In this document: positions 24,395-33,716 of the stretch, one piece after another
Layout: every line of letters starts with the position of its first letter
Numbering within the stretch: the stretch's first letter is position 1
IMG/VR virus record: IMGVR_UViG_3300045988_072105
Span: 1-40,702 of that record
Strand: one strand, 5' to 3'
DNA from: a virus
Length of the DNA stretch: 40,702 nt
Translations under genes and position numbers: made by a program
The notes under the pieces: generated by a model
The model's input: the letters and a program-made list of their open reading frames with translations, nothing else
The model's database searches: none
What the model was told of the DNA's origin: nothing

Positions 24395-25158
24395 CACTCC
24401 ACCTCATCAACTTCAAACAATGGGCTGTCAAACACTCCCCTAAAGCCCGCTTTTTCAAGCTCTTTGCGGGTGTGTGCGTCTTTCGTGTAGCTATATTCAG
24501 CATCTTCCCCAAAATACCAACTGTCCAAAATTTTATCCAGTTTTAAGATTGTAGACGATTTGTTCACCCCTTTCATTTTCACTCGATACCGCTTTTCTTT
24601 CTCGACCTCGTAGCCATTGATCCAAGCAAGAGCGAAGATTTCTTGGTTTTCTTTCTTTTTGATCCATAATATTAATTCAAAACTTTGGTTATTTGCTTTC
24701 AAAAAACTTGGAGTCATAGCAAGATAGAGAGAACTTGTAAGATGTTCTTTACATACTTCAATCCAATCAGCAACAAACTGCGGTACTGTTGGCCTATTCA
24801 ACTCTTGCCGAATTTTATCAGCGTCTTTTAATTGTTGACCAACCCATTCCCCCTCTAATTTTCCTTGCTCGTATCCAGCCTTATATTTCGAAGCTCCGTA
24901 ATTGCTGCCGAATTTATATAAAATATCATCTAGCCATTCCAAACGTGTTAATCCATTCAATCCTTCCATTCGGGCGATAATATCTTTTAATTTAATTTTA
25001 TTTCTTTCAACAAAATCACTTGCATTTTTTACAAAATGTCTTGGGACTTCTACTCTATCGCCATTATCCAAAATCAAATTTATATTATTTTCGCCCTCGG
25101 TACTCCGACTAAAACCGTCATAAGTTCCATATAATAAAAGTCTAGTCCATTCGTTCAT
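24394..25158 (-). CDS. DUF1642-like phage protein
   Basis: 254 aa. The C-terminal half (..VPQFVADWIE..TRKELEKAGFRGVFDSPLFEVDEVE) resembles DUF1642 of lactic-acid-bacteria phages. Confidence 0.7.
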   Translation of the reverse strand: MNEWTRLLLYGTYDGFSRSTEGENNINLILDNGDRVEVPRHFVKNASDFVERNKIKLKDIIARMEGLNGLTRLEWLDDILYKFGSNYGASKYKAGYEQGKLEGEWVGQQLKDADKIRQELNRPTVPQFVADWIEVCKEHLTSSLYLAMTPSFLKANNQSFELILWIKKKENQEIFALAWINGYEVEKEKRYRVKMKGVNKSSTILKLDKILDSWYFGEDAEYSYTKDAHTRKELEKAGFRGVFDSPLFEVDEVE

Positions 25159-25655
25159 TCCCTTACCTCCTCAATTCTTGCGATCGGGTTGTTTCGAAGC
25201 CACCCGAGGCCGTGCCGTTCGATCTCGTCATTCGTGAACGTCTGCGTAAACTCGATAGTGTATCGTGTCTCGTCTTGGATCTCCACGAGGTACGTCTTCC
25301 AACCTTCTTTTGGATTCTTCGACTTGGACAATAGACTCCGCAAGCTATCGATCTTTTGCTTGGTCTGATCCGCTATCTCGTGTAGCGTTCCCGTTGCCGT
25401 GAGCTTGCCTTTGTGATAATAGGCAAACATTCGGAGTTTGACGGGCGATCCCAAGAGCTCGGTCTCTGTGACGTTGAAGACTGCGCATAGATCCTCAATT
25501 GCGTACTGGCACGGCATACGTTCGCCCCGCTCCCAACTTGTGATCGTGTTATACGACCATCCCAGCTTTCGAGCGAGCTTGCTTTTTGTCCATCCCCGCT
25601 CTTTTTCGAAGCCGGACCAAATTTTTCGGGAATCGTTGACGCTGATCGCTGTCAT
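25155..25655 (-). CDS. XRE-type HTH protein with an uncharacterised C-terminal domain
   Basis: ..WTKSKLARKLGWSYNTITSWERGERMP.. is an HTH_3 pattern. ATGA coupling at both ends. Confidence 0.75.
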   Translation of the reverse strand: MTAISVNDSRKIWSGFEKERGWTKSKLARKLGWSYNTITSWERGERMPCQYAIEDLCAVFNVTETELLGSPVKLRMFAYYHKGKLTATGTLHEIADQTKQKIDSLRSLLSKSKNPKEGWKTYLVEIQDETRYTIEFTQTFTNDEIERHGLGWLRNNPIARIEEVRE

Positions 25656-25882
25656 AATTTATCAATTCCATCTTCTGACCCTCTTCCCCACTTAAAGATT
25701 TTCACGTCGTATTTTTTACCATCGACCGTAATCAATTTACTAGCTCCGCGCACATCTTCTCTGCCTTCGATTTGCTTTATAAGTCCGACGCAAGTTTCAC
25801 CAAGAAATAGTTGACTTTCTATTTCGTCGTATCTCTTATCTTCCATTGCGCCGATAACTTCATAGTACGTTTTTTCTTTCAT
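25652..25882 (-). CDS. Hypothetical protein (76 aa)
   Basis: Start moved to the ATG at 25882 (AAGGAG, 7-nt spacer; ATGA overlap with the upstream stop). Confidence 0.6.
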   Translation of the reverse strand: MKEKTYYEVIGAMEDKRYDEIESQLFLGETCVGLIKQIEGREDVRGASKLITVDGKKYDVKIFKWGRGSEDGIDKL

Positions 25883-26100
25883 CCTTTCGCTCCTTCCGCT
25901 TGAGCTTCTAGCCATTCAAACAAGAGCCCGAATTGTTTCACTACCAGATCATTGTCATTGTACTTTTTGCAGATCTCCGCTATCGAGCCCGTTACCCATA
26001 GCCAATACCGATCAGTATTAAAACCGACTGTCTGTGCCACCTGGTTACTTTGGGCCATCCATTCCGGGATCTCCACGCTAAAGAAATGTATATAATTCAT
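25879..26100 (-). CDS. Hypothetical protein (73 aa)
   Basis: Start moved to the ATG at 26100 (GAGGAG, 7-nt spacer). The longer ORF-track version overlaps rusA by 122 nt. Confidence 0.6.
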   Translation of the reverse strand: MNYIHFFSVEIPEWMAQSNQVAQTVGFNTDRYWLWVTGSIAEICKKYNDNDLVVKQFGLLFEWLEAQAEGAKG

Positions 26101-26497
26101 CGTTCCACTCCTCGACTCTGACATAGATTCCCACGACCTCACTCCAAAATTTTTCAGCGATCTCGCTTGCCACTTCTGCGTCATTTTTCCAAAAGCCAAC
26201 CTCTGACATGCAATCCTTGAATAACTTTTGAAGGTTGTCCGTGTCTGGTGCAGTTGTTTTGTACTGTCCAGACCGTACTCCCTTAATCATCGGAAAGCAC
26301 CATTTGACTGTGAGCCGGATCGGCCCTTTCAACTTATCCGGGGGAACGTGACGCGCAAGCAAACTTTCAAATTTCGCTCGAGCGTTTTTTAGCTCCTCTG
26401 GCTCGTAAAAAATCGGTTTGCCATTTCTGACGTTTACTTTCTTTTGTTGGTGCGTTGTTGTCGGAATTTTTTCCATCGACAAAAAGAATTCGATCAT
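26078..26497 (-). CDS. rusA: RusA-family Holliday junction resolvase
   Basis: 139 aa. ..KTTAPDTDNLQKLFKDCMSEVGFWKNDAEV.. matches the RusA catalytic Asp-rich motif. Confidence 0.85.
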   Translation of the reverse strand: MIEFFLSMEKIPTTTHQQKKVNVRNGKPIFYEPEELKNARAKFESLLARHVPPDKLKGPIRLTVKWCFPMIKGVRSGQYKTTAPDTDNLQKLFKDCMSEVGFWKNDAEVASEIAEKFWSEVVGIYVRVEEWNDELYTFL

Positions 26498-26665
26498 TTA
26501 TTCGTCCTCATAAAACAAGAAGATCAGCACGTCCTCTCCAATTGTCTGGACGTCAGTATTGATCCATACCTTCCCGGCTTTTTCCAAATACTCAAGAAAG
26601 AGATTCACCTCTTTTTCTAAGTCCGGAAAAAATCTCACGTTCGATTTGAAAAATTTTACTTTCAT
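26498..26665 (-). CDS. 55-aa Cse60-like small protein (below the ORF-track cut-off)
   Basis: My own translation: MKVKFFKSNVRFFPDLEKEVNLFLEYLEKAGKVWINTDVQTIGEDVLIFLFYEDE. The stop abuts the rusA ATG. The RBS is weak. Confidence 0.45.
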   Translation of the reverse strand: MKVKFFKSNVRFFPDLEKEVNLFLEYLEKAGKVWINTDVQTIGEDVLIFLFYEDE

Positions 26666-26732
26666 ATATTTTTTACCATTTCTTTTTTACTTTTTCTTTT
26701 TAGCTCCACGCTCTCGCGCTTCGTCCATGTTT

Positions 26733-26978
26733 GGGGACAGGGTTACAGGGTTACAGGGGGCGAGAGCAAAGCCCCCCTGTTCCTGTTCCTGTACCCATGG
26801 ACCATCAGGGACATTTTCCTAAATCTCTCTCTCCGGAGGAGGAGAGATTCTGTCCCTCATTTTGTCCCTAGGGACATTTTCGATAGACACATTCGACTTT
26901 GTCCTTCGACTTTGTCCTTGTCCCTCATTTTGTCCCTAGGGACATTTTCGATTGTTTTTTGTCCTTGTCCTTGTCCCT
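26733..26978. repeat. Putative origin of replication: array of TGTCC(C/T)T / AGGGACA iterons with nested direct and inverted repeats
   Basis: At least 12 heptamer copies. One 34-bp perfect direct repeat (26851-26884 = 26919-26952). A tandem 13-mer TTCGACTTTGTCC x2 (26892-26917). A 14-bp palindrome TGTCCCTAGGGACA occurring twice. An imperfect long inverted repeat at 26733-26796. An AT-rich tract lies next to it at 26640-26700. Confidence 0.7.
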
Positions 26979-29262
26979 AGGTGTCTGTTTTTGCTATAAT
27001 TTCTTTGTTTTTCACTTCAAAATTACCATTATTTTTTATCCATCTACGGACTGTTTTTTCGCTGACAGGTTTATCCTCTGTTGAAAAATAATCGATCAGA
27101 TCATCAATTGTAACAGGACTCATTCCATCATCAAGGGCCTCGATAGCCGTTTCGATTCTTTCGGAGCGTTTTTCGGTTCGCTCTTCTTTTGATAATTTCT
27201 TATCAAAATTTTTCTTCCATGGTGAATTATTCCCGTTCGTGTCCTCCCCAAGCTGAATATCAGCAAGGACGCCCGAATCATCCAAGAAATGCACGGGATA
27301 ACTGAACCACATATTGATAGGCTTGAATTTGGCAAACTCTCGGAGCGTTCCTTCCACGCGCCACGCTGTCGAAATTTCGATCGCATGACGGGCTTGTTCG
27401 ATCTTGTCCGTCCATGGCTTCCGATCTAGGATATTCGGAATGGCTCTTTCAAAGTGTGTCCGCATGATTGCAGCACTTTGGAGATCGTCGAGCGTGACTT
27501 CCTCTTGGTAATATCCAAGGTTGCACTTTTGCAAGGCCTCTTTGTAGATATGGCATGCCGTATGATTGATACGTTGCGCGATCAATTCCTCCGTGACTTC
27601 CAATTCCATCAAGTCGATCAACGCGTCCGGATCTCGAGCGAATACGCCTGATCCACTAGCCCGATCCATTGACTTCTTGTTACCTTGTGAGCCCTTCGAG
27701 TGGTGATGGCAATAGATAACCGAGCACCCGAGCTCTGTCGCCACTTTGTCAAACTGATTCGTAAAGTGCGCCATCTGATCTGCGCTGTTTTCGTCACCCG
27801 TCAAGACTTTATAGATCGGGTCAATAATAACCGCGATATAGTTCTTTTTGAGCGATCGGCGGATCAATTTCGGAGCTAACTTGTCCATCGGTACAGTCTT
27901 ACCGCGCAAGTTCCAAATATCGATATTTTGTAAGTTGTTCGGTTGCAATCCCATGGCTTCGTACACGTCGCGGAATCTGTGAAGACATGACGCACGGTCT
28001 AGCTCAAGATTGACATATAGGACCTTGCCTTGCGTACACTTCCATTCGAGCCATTTTTGCCCCTCTGCGATTGCAATTGACATTTCGATCAAGCTGAATG
28101 ACTTCCCGGCCTTGGATGGCCCGGCGATCAGCATTTTGTGTCCTTGTCGAAGGACGCCTTGAATCAGCTCGGGCGCAAGCTCTGGAAGATTGTCCCAACT
28201 ATCCCCGAGGCCTTCGGGATCTGGAAGATCGTCGTTTAAGTCCTCGATATACTGATACCATTCTTCCCAATTTCTTTTTCCTATATTGGTATCAACAAGG
28301 AATTGTTTTTGGCCGTTTCGCTCGAATCCCGGCATACGAGACAAGCGAGACGGATTGCGGTTTTGTGTATCAACCGAGATCCCGTTCTTCTGGCATATCT
28401 TATATAAATAGTCAACGCGCTTGCGGTATTCGTCATAGCTGCCCGCGTCCACCTTCACGATAGCGTGTAAGGATTTGTTTCCACTATATACGAGGGCCAC
28501 GATAGGAAGCTCGAGTTCTTTATAGATCGCGTTTTGTTTCTCCACGCTCATACTATCCGATTCGACGAGCGCATAGCGGAATTCTGTCACGTTCTCGTTC
28601 TTCGCGCCCTTACCGTCTAACGGATTGAAGCGAATCCACGCGCCCGCTTCTTTGTGATAGTCACCGAGGACCGCTCCGATATCTCCGTTGCATTTGGAAA
28701 GTTGCTCGATCAGTTGCCCCGCGGTCCGGTCGTATGCTCCCTTCGTTGGAAGCCATTTCTCAATCTCACCCGTCTCGTCGTTGACTTTCGGATAGCTTTC
28801 CGTGACGTATCCGACGTTTTCGGATGATTCAAACAAGGCTTCGAGGTATCGGATGATCTCTTGCGTCGGATTCCAGATTGACGGCTCATGGATCTCTTTT
28901 CCCTCGATCCAATTCTTATCAATTACGCGATAGTCCCGGTCGATCGTATCATTCCAATCGAGCTCGTGAGCGCCTTCGTTATCACTCGAGTATGGATTCA
29001 CCCACCCGTGATCTTTCGCAAGTTGGACGATCGTCCCACCCGTCACAATCGAGCCCGCTTGTTCGTTGAAAGTGTCCCACTTCTTGAAACACTCAAATTT
29101 ACGGTAACGCGTGTCATTCTGCGACCAATTATCCCAATCCGAAGCAGTGTACCCTTCATGTTTTAAGGCCATCCCGACATTGATCCATTCTTGATAGGAC
29201 AAAACGGCGGGGTTGATATGGTCGAGCAGCGGCAATAGATCAAACTCTCTCTCATTATTCAT
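26977..29262 (-). CDS. Primase/helicase replication protein (PriCT-2-like N-terminus, primase-polymerase-like middle, RecA/DnaB-like AAA_25 ATPase)
   Basis: 761 aa. N-terminal ..LSYQEWINVGMALKHEGYTASDWDNWS..; Walker A ..LIAGPSKAGKSFSLIEM..; Walker B-like ..YIAVIIDPIYK... Confidence 0.85.
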   Translation of the reverse strand: MNNEREFDLLPLLDHINPAVLSYQEWINVGMALKHEGYTASDWDNWSQNDTRYRKFECFKKWDTFNEQAGSIVTGGTIVQLAKDHGWVNPYSSDNEGAHELDWNDTIDRDYRVIDKNWIEGKEIHEPSIWNPTQEIIRYLEALFESSENVGYVTESYPKVNDETGEIEKWLPTKGAYDRTAGQLIEQLSKCNGDIGAVLGDYHKEAGAWIRFNPLDGKGAKNENVTEFRYALVESDSMSVEKQNAIYKELELPIVALVYSGNKSLHAIVKVDAGSYDEYRKRVDYLYKICQKNGISVDTQNRNPSRLSRMPGFERNGQKQFLVDTNIGKRNWEEWYQYIEDLNDDLPDPEGLGDSWDNLPELAPELIQGVLRQGHKMLIAGPSKAGKSFSLIEMSIAIAEGQKWLEWKCTQGKVLYVNLELDRASCLHRFRDVYEAMGLQPNNLQNIDIWNLRGKTVPMDKLAPKLIRRSLKKNYIAVIIDPIYKVLTGDENSADQMAHFTNQFDKVATELGCSVIYCHHHSKGSQGNKKSMDRASGSGVFARDPDALIDLMELEVTEELIAQRINHTACHIYKEALQKCNLGYYQEEVTLDDLQSAAIMRTHFERAIPNILDRKPWTDKIEQARHAIEISTAWRVEGTLREFAKFKPINMWFSYPVHFLDDSGVLADIQLGEDTNGNNSPWKKNFDKKLSKEERTEKRSERIETAIEALDDGMSPVTIDDLIDYFSTEDKPVSEKTVRRWIKNNGNFEVKNKEIIAKTDT

Positions 29263-30833
29263 TCAATCCCTCCGTTCTCTCTTTCTTTCTTTGTTGCTGC
29301 AATTCCGAGGCTCAATCCCAAAAGTCCGAGGACGCTGATCGCGATCCCGAATTCTGTCCCAGTTTTTGGGAGTGTAGCCGGTGTGCTGTACGCTTCGACT
29401 GTTTCTTCGAATTCGTTTTTCGCGTGGTTTTCGCTTGATTTTTCACGCGATTTAACAATCTTCACTTCTTCGACTTTCGGATCTTCTTTTGGTTTTGGCG
29501 TTGGTGTGTTTGGCTTGTCTTCTTTAGGTTCTGGAATCTCGACAATCAGTTCCGGCTTGTAATGCACGGGCGCGTCATTTGGTACGACTCCACCTTGCCA
29601 TTCTGGCTTGTCAATCTGCGGAGCGTCAAACGGTACAGTCCCACCCTTCCACTCTGGAAGATCCACGATCGGAGCTTCATTTGGCAATTCAAAGACTGGC
29701 TTGTTTTCACCTTTAGCGTCACCACGGCCTCCGACAAGTTGAGCGCGACTGGTTGAAATAGCGCCGTCAGTTTCGGCCTTGAGCTCGACCTTATTCGTCG
29801 GATTCGTTGAATCCTTGACCGCGTTCGTGAGCTTGGTTTTGTACCAAACGTAGATCATTCGATCCAAGCGATCCATAGTAATTTCAAACCCGTGCTCGCT
29901 CTTGCTCATGGACTTAATGAGATCTAGTGCTGATCCCTTATCGACCCAAGGCGTCACGCTATCGACATAATTCACCACGAGGTAGTCATCGACGAGCTTT
30001 TGATTGTCTGACATTTCGTCGATAATCTTGACATAATTCAATACTTTTCGAGCGTAATTGATCCGGATCGTCCAGTTGATGACGGTCGGGTCGTCTTTGT
30101 CTTGAGACCCCCACTTCGAGATCAATTCATCTGATCCGATCTCTTGCTCTTTACCGATCTGTGCTGTCACGACTGTACCGTTGAAATTCACGTTGACTGG
30201 CTTTCCGGATTCCACTTTGTCCGTCCATTTGGCGTCGAGCTTGAGGCTCATTTGTTTATTCAACGGGTGATTTTTGAAATAGTCGTTGAATACGGTCGTA
30301 ACTGTCCCGGCCTTGCTGTCCGCGGTTGCTTGACCGACGACGGCATTTTCTGGATTGTGTACGTCGAAAGTGAAGCTCGTTTGAAAAGTGACTTCTTCTG
30401 GAAGCGTGAACGTTACTTTGTCACCTTCGTTGATCTCAAGGTTGTCTGGAAAATGGACGTCCTTGTATTCCACGGTGAAAGACTGGTATTTTCCGTTGCC
30501 GTTCGATTGATCGACCACGACTTCCGGGTTTTCTACTCGAATTTGATCCCCGTCCTTTTCAAAAGTTGTCGGAGCGATTCCTCGTTCGCTAGTTGCGTTT
30601 CTATCCGCTTGATCGCTCTCTCCACCTTGAGAATCTTCGCGTTCAGTTCGTACTTGTCGAGAAATAGCCCCTTCTTCTTCAATTCGAGCGTTTTCAGTTC
30701 CGACTGTAAGCGTTGTGTTATCGTTTGTGACTTCGTTATTGGATTCATCCGCATAAGCCCCCTTAATTCCAAGTGTAGCCGTCGCAATCGTCGCGACTGT
30801 AAAAAGTGTTAATTTGTTAGTTTTCATTATCAT
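29259..30833 (-). CDS. LPXTG cell-wall-anchored surface adhesin (MSCRAMM/collagen-binding-like A region)
   Basis: 524 aa. Signal peptide MIMKTNKLTLFTVATIATATLGIKGAYA. Ig-fold adhesin-like region (..VINWTIRINY..). Two PEW(K/Q)GG(T/V)VP(F/N)DAP repeats. P/K/E-rich wall spacer. LPKTG followed by a TM segment and KKER tail. Confidence 0.9.
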   Translation of the reverse strand: MIMKTNKLTLFTVATIATATLGIKGAYADESNNEVTNDNTTLTVGTENARIEEEGAISRQVRTEREDSQGGESDQADRNATSERGIAPTTFEKDGDQIRVENPEVVVDQSNGNGKYQSFTVEYKDVHFPDNLEINEGDKVTFTLPEEVTFQTSFTFDVHNPENAVVGQATADSKAGTVTTVFNDYFKNHPLNKQMSLKLDAKWTDKVESGKPVNVNFNGTVVTAQIGKEQEIGSDELISKWGSQDKDDPTVINWTIRINYARKVLNYVKIIDEMSDNQKLVDDYLVVNYVDSVTPWVDKGSALDLIKSMSKSEHGFEITMDRLDRMIYVWYKTKLTNAVKDSTNPTNKVELKAETDGAISTSRAQLVGGRGDAKGENKPVFELPNEAPIVDLPEWKGGTVPFDAPQIDKPEWQGGVVPNDAPVHYKPELIVEIPEPKEDKPNTPTPKPKEDPKVEEVKIVKSREKSSENHAKNEFEETVEAYSTPATLPKTGTEFGIAISVLGLLGLSLGIAATKKERENGGIE

Positions 30834-30846
30834 TTACTCCTATTGT

Positions 30847-32430
30847 TTAATTTGGTAAGTATTCGCTCGCTCTGATCCCGTGCGGTATTCTCCACCCGTT
30901 GGCTGCGATTCGATCGATCATATTTCTTGCGTTCTCAAAACTCCACATTCCGACGTTTCGGAAGCCTCGACTCTCAAGGAATCGGATCTGCTTCGGTGTT
31001 GAAAGTCCTTCGTTTCTGCGCTTGTTTAAGCGGTCAAGTAAGAGATTCGCTTTCCCGGCGTTCCCCACTTTGTCGGTAAAAATACCGTACTTCTCGAGGG
31101 CCTTGAGTTGGTTTTCAGAAGGCGGGGCCATCTCCCATCCAAAGTTAGGGACATAATTCGAAAGATCTTCGGCATGGATAGACATTTCGAATTGAAGCGG
31201 ATCGACGAGTTTTCTCTTGCGTTTTCGCATTTCTGCGAGTTGCTTCGCAAGGGCTTCTTCGCGTTCTGCCACAACGTCTTCGGCGCTTTTTTCTTCCATG
31301 GCTTCGAGATCGAGCACGACGCCCGTTTCTTCTTCCATATTTTCGACCATTTTCTTCGCAACTTCCGGGCTCTCACATATCAAGTGAGCCGGGCGACAAA
31401 GTTCGTGCCGTTCGGTGTGCCATAAGAAATCGAGCAGAAGAAGCTCGTCTTTTCCCGGATGGAGACGCGTCCCACGTCCCACCATCTGCGAATAGAGCGC
31501 TCTGACTTTCGTCGGTCTCAATACCACCACGCAATCAACTGACGGGCAATCCCAGCCCTCTGTCAGTAACATTGAGTTGCAAAGAACGTTATAACGTCCC
31601 TTTTCAAAGTCTTCGAGCACTTCGGCCCGATCTTTCGACTCGCCGTTCACTTCAGCTGCCTTGAATCCTCGCTCGTTTAAAATATCACGGAATTTTTGGC
31701 TTGTTTTAACTAGTGGAAGAAAGACGACCGTTTTTCTGTCCTTGCAATATTCAGCCATTTCATCCGCAATCTGTACGAGGTACGGATCGAGTGCCGTTCC
31801 GACGTCGCTCGCTTTAAAATCACCCGCGGACATTGAAACGCTTGAGAGATCGAGATCAATCGGAATCGTTAAGGCTTTAATCTTGGAGAGATAGCCTTCC
31901 TTGATTGCTTGCACGAGTGAATATTCATAGGCCAAGCTGTCAAAGTACGATCCGAGGTTCTTCATATCTCCACGGTCGGGCGTTGCTGTAACCCCCAACA
32001 CTTCGGACTCTCCGAAATAGTTTAAAACTTTCTGATAGCCGTCTGATATGGCGTGGTGAGCTTCATCGACCACAATCACGTCAAACCAATCGGGCGGGAA
32101 TTGACTCAAGCGCTTTTCCCGTTGCATTGTCTGGACAGATCCCACGACCACTCGATACCAAGAGCCTATTGACGTACTTTCGGCCTTTTCTAGTGCCGTA
32201 CCGAGTCCCGTTGCGGTCTTGAGCTTGTCGCTTGCTTGATCCAATAATTCGGATCTGTGAGCGAGTACGAGGACGCGTTTCCCTTCTCGGACTTGATCTT
32301 CAATGATTTTCGAAAAGACGACCGTTTTCCCCGTCCCAGTTGGAAGGACGAGAAGGGTACGTTTTCGCCCTTCTGCCCACTCCTTCTGAACGGCTTCTCG
32401 CGCCTCTTGTTGATAAGGCCGTAATTTCAT
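30847..32430 (-). CDS. Superfamily 2 DEAD/DEAH-box helicase (ResIII + Helicase_C)
   Basis: ..LLVLPTGTGKTVVF.. (motif I), ..VIVVDEAHHA.. (motif II), ..VLGVTATP.. (motif III), ..QMVGRGTR.. (motif VI). Confidence 0.9.
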   Translation of the reverse strand: MKLRPYQQEAREAVQKEWAEGRKRTLLVLPTGTGKTVVFSKIIEDQVREGKRVLVLAHRSELLDQASDKLKTATGLGTALEKAESTSIGSWYRVVVGSVQTMQREKRLSQFPPDWFDVIVVDEAHHAISDGYQKVLNYFGESEVLGVTATPDRGDMKNLGSYFDSLAYEYSLVQAIKEGYLSKIKALTIPIDLDLSSVSMSAGDFKASDVGTALDPYLVQIADEMAEYCKDRKTVVFLPLVKTSQKFRDILNERGFKAAEVNGESKDRAEVLEDFEKGRYNVLCNSMLLTEGWDCPSVDCVVVLRPTKVRALYSQMVGRGTRLHPGKDELLLLDFLWHTERHELCRPAHLICESPEVAKKMVENMEEETGVVLDLEAMEEKSAEDVVAEREEALAKQLAEMRKRKRKLVDPLQFEMSIHAEDLSNYVPNFGWEMAPPSENQLKALEKYGIFTDKVGNAGKANLLLDRLNKRRNEGLSTPKQIRFLESRGFRNVGMWSFENARNMIDRIAANGWRIPHGIRASEYLPN

Positions 32431-32440
32431 TTATTCCCCC

Positions 32441-32962
32441 TTAAAATTGCCCGGGATTGAATCCTTGCGTTGGTTGTTGCTGATAGCCTTGAGATTGCTC
32501 CGGGTACGCGTTCAATACCTTCGTATAATCAACGTCTTCGGCATAGATCATGCTTTTTGCTTCGTTGTACTTGTTGCCGTTGTATTCACGAATTCCGACC
32601 TTACATACTCCGACTTTACCGACGATCGAATTCCAATCCATGCGAAGCGGTTCACCTTTTCGTTTTTGTCCGATTGATCCAAAGAACGCGGAAAGCATGC
32701 CTTCGGTTGAGCTGTGCAAGAATAAGTTATGACGGAGTTCTGTTTCGCCTTCGTTTGCCACGACTTGAAGATAGACTGTCGCTTTCGGACAAGCTGGCAA
32801 CTTGCCGGGATTTTGAGGGTTTGGCGTGTGACGTCCGCGATCATAGTTCTTGACTGTAAAATAGTAGAGACCTTCTGGCAATAGGACGAATTCAGAATCC
32901 TTTTGAATGGTGTCGTCCCAACCAAATTCGCGTTCAAAGTTGTTGTATTGTTGTTGTGTCAT
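32441..32962 (-). CDS. DUF669-family protein (SSB-like accessory of AAA_24 modules)
   Basis: 173 aa. ..FGWDDTIQKDSEFVLLPEGLYYFTV.. and a Q/P-rich tail ending in F. Usual neighbour of AAA_24 and helicase genes. Confidence 0.7.
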   Translation of the reverse strand: MTQQQYNNFEREFGWDDTIQKDSEFVLLPEGLYYFTVKNYDRGRHTPNPQNPGKLPACPKATVYLQVVANEGETELRHNLFLHSSTEGMLSAFFGSIGQKRKGEPLRMDWNSIVGKVGVCKVGIREYNGNKYNEAKSMIYAEDVDYTKVLNAYPEQSQGYQQQPTQGFNPGQF

Positions 32963-32976
32963 GATAATATTCTCCT

Positions 32977-33714
32977 TTAAGCTAAAATAGTAATTTTCTC
33001 GTTGCTAGCAAGTTCATTTTTTAAATAATTCGCGATGCTTTCGACGGCCTCTAATTTCCATTTACCACCATCTGCTTCAAAGAGCGCAAGGTTCGCCGAT
33101 TTGTTGATTCGGAAGACGAACTGACTAGCAGGCTGCTCTACTTCATTGAAAGTACGATATGGCCGCAAGGTTACTGGATTTGGAGTCTTAGCTTGTGCTA
33201 GACTTGCTACACCATCGCGAACTGTCGCCATTTGACTGACGCCATTGTCCTGTACTTCTGCACCTTTTTCGATTTTCAAATGGCTAGCAAAATCCAAGAC
33301 TAAATTTCGGTCTGCATCATCGATAAACATAGACTGCAACATGATATTAAATTCTTCTTGGTCGCGCCAATTGCTGAATGGAATAACTGGGACAGATGCT
33401 CTTACAGACACAAGCTGAGGGCGTTTGCCATTTTCAAAATCAACTTGATCATATACAGATACTTCTCGGAAACTGTCCACGACAACTACAAGTTTACGAC
33501 CACTGATGAAGTCATTATCTGATTTGAGATAATCGACAAGACTCTTGATTGTCTGAAGTTCAAGAATAGGTGCGTACTTACGAGGGTTAAGTTCCTGTAA
33601 GCTATATTCATTGCTGTCGAAATATTCCTTCCCAGTTCCTGAACGAATGATTTTATTTTCTTTACCCGCTAGTTCGACTGTGTAAGACAATGCTTCTTTG
33701 AGATTTTCTGTCAT
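32977..33714 (-). CDS. Hypothetical early protein (245 aa)
   Basis: Long ORF, co-oriented, tight spacing. I am not confident of any family. Confidence 0.7.
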   Translation of the reverse strand: MTENLKEALSYTVELAGKENKIIRSGTGKEYFDSNEYSLQELNPRKYAPILELQTIKSLVDYLKSDNDFISGRKLVVVVDSFREVSVYDQVDFENGKRPQLVSVRASVPVIPFSNWRDQEEFNIMLQSMFIDDADRNLVLDFASHLKIEKGAEVQDNGVSQMATVRDGVASLAQAKTPNPVTLRPYRTFNEVEQPASQFVFRINKSANLALFEADGGKWKLEAVESIANYLKNELASNEKITILA

Positions 33715-33716
33715 AG

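Noticed and set aside
26851-26952. Two 34-bp perfect direct repeats separated by a 34-bp spacer, which superficially looks like a mini CRISPR array
   Set aside because: There are only two copies. The repeats are themselves built from the TGTCCCT/AGGGACA iteron, which also fills the spacer. There are no cas genes, and the location directly downstream of the replication protein gene fits an origin.
26559-27084. Plus-strand ORFs 26559-26822 and 26899-27084
   Set aside because: They are read-through of the iteron/AT-rich origin region, giving repetitive F/L/S/C-rich peptides. They have no RBS.
29718-29726. RGD tripeptide (aa 370-372) in the LPXTG protein as an integrin-binding motif
   Set aside because: A tripeptide is expected by chance in a 524-aa protein, and there is no supporting context.
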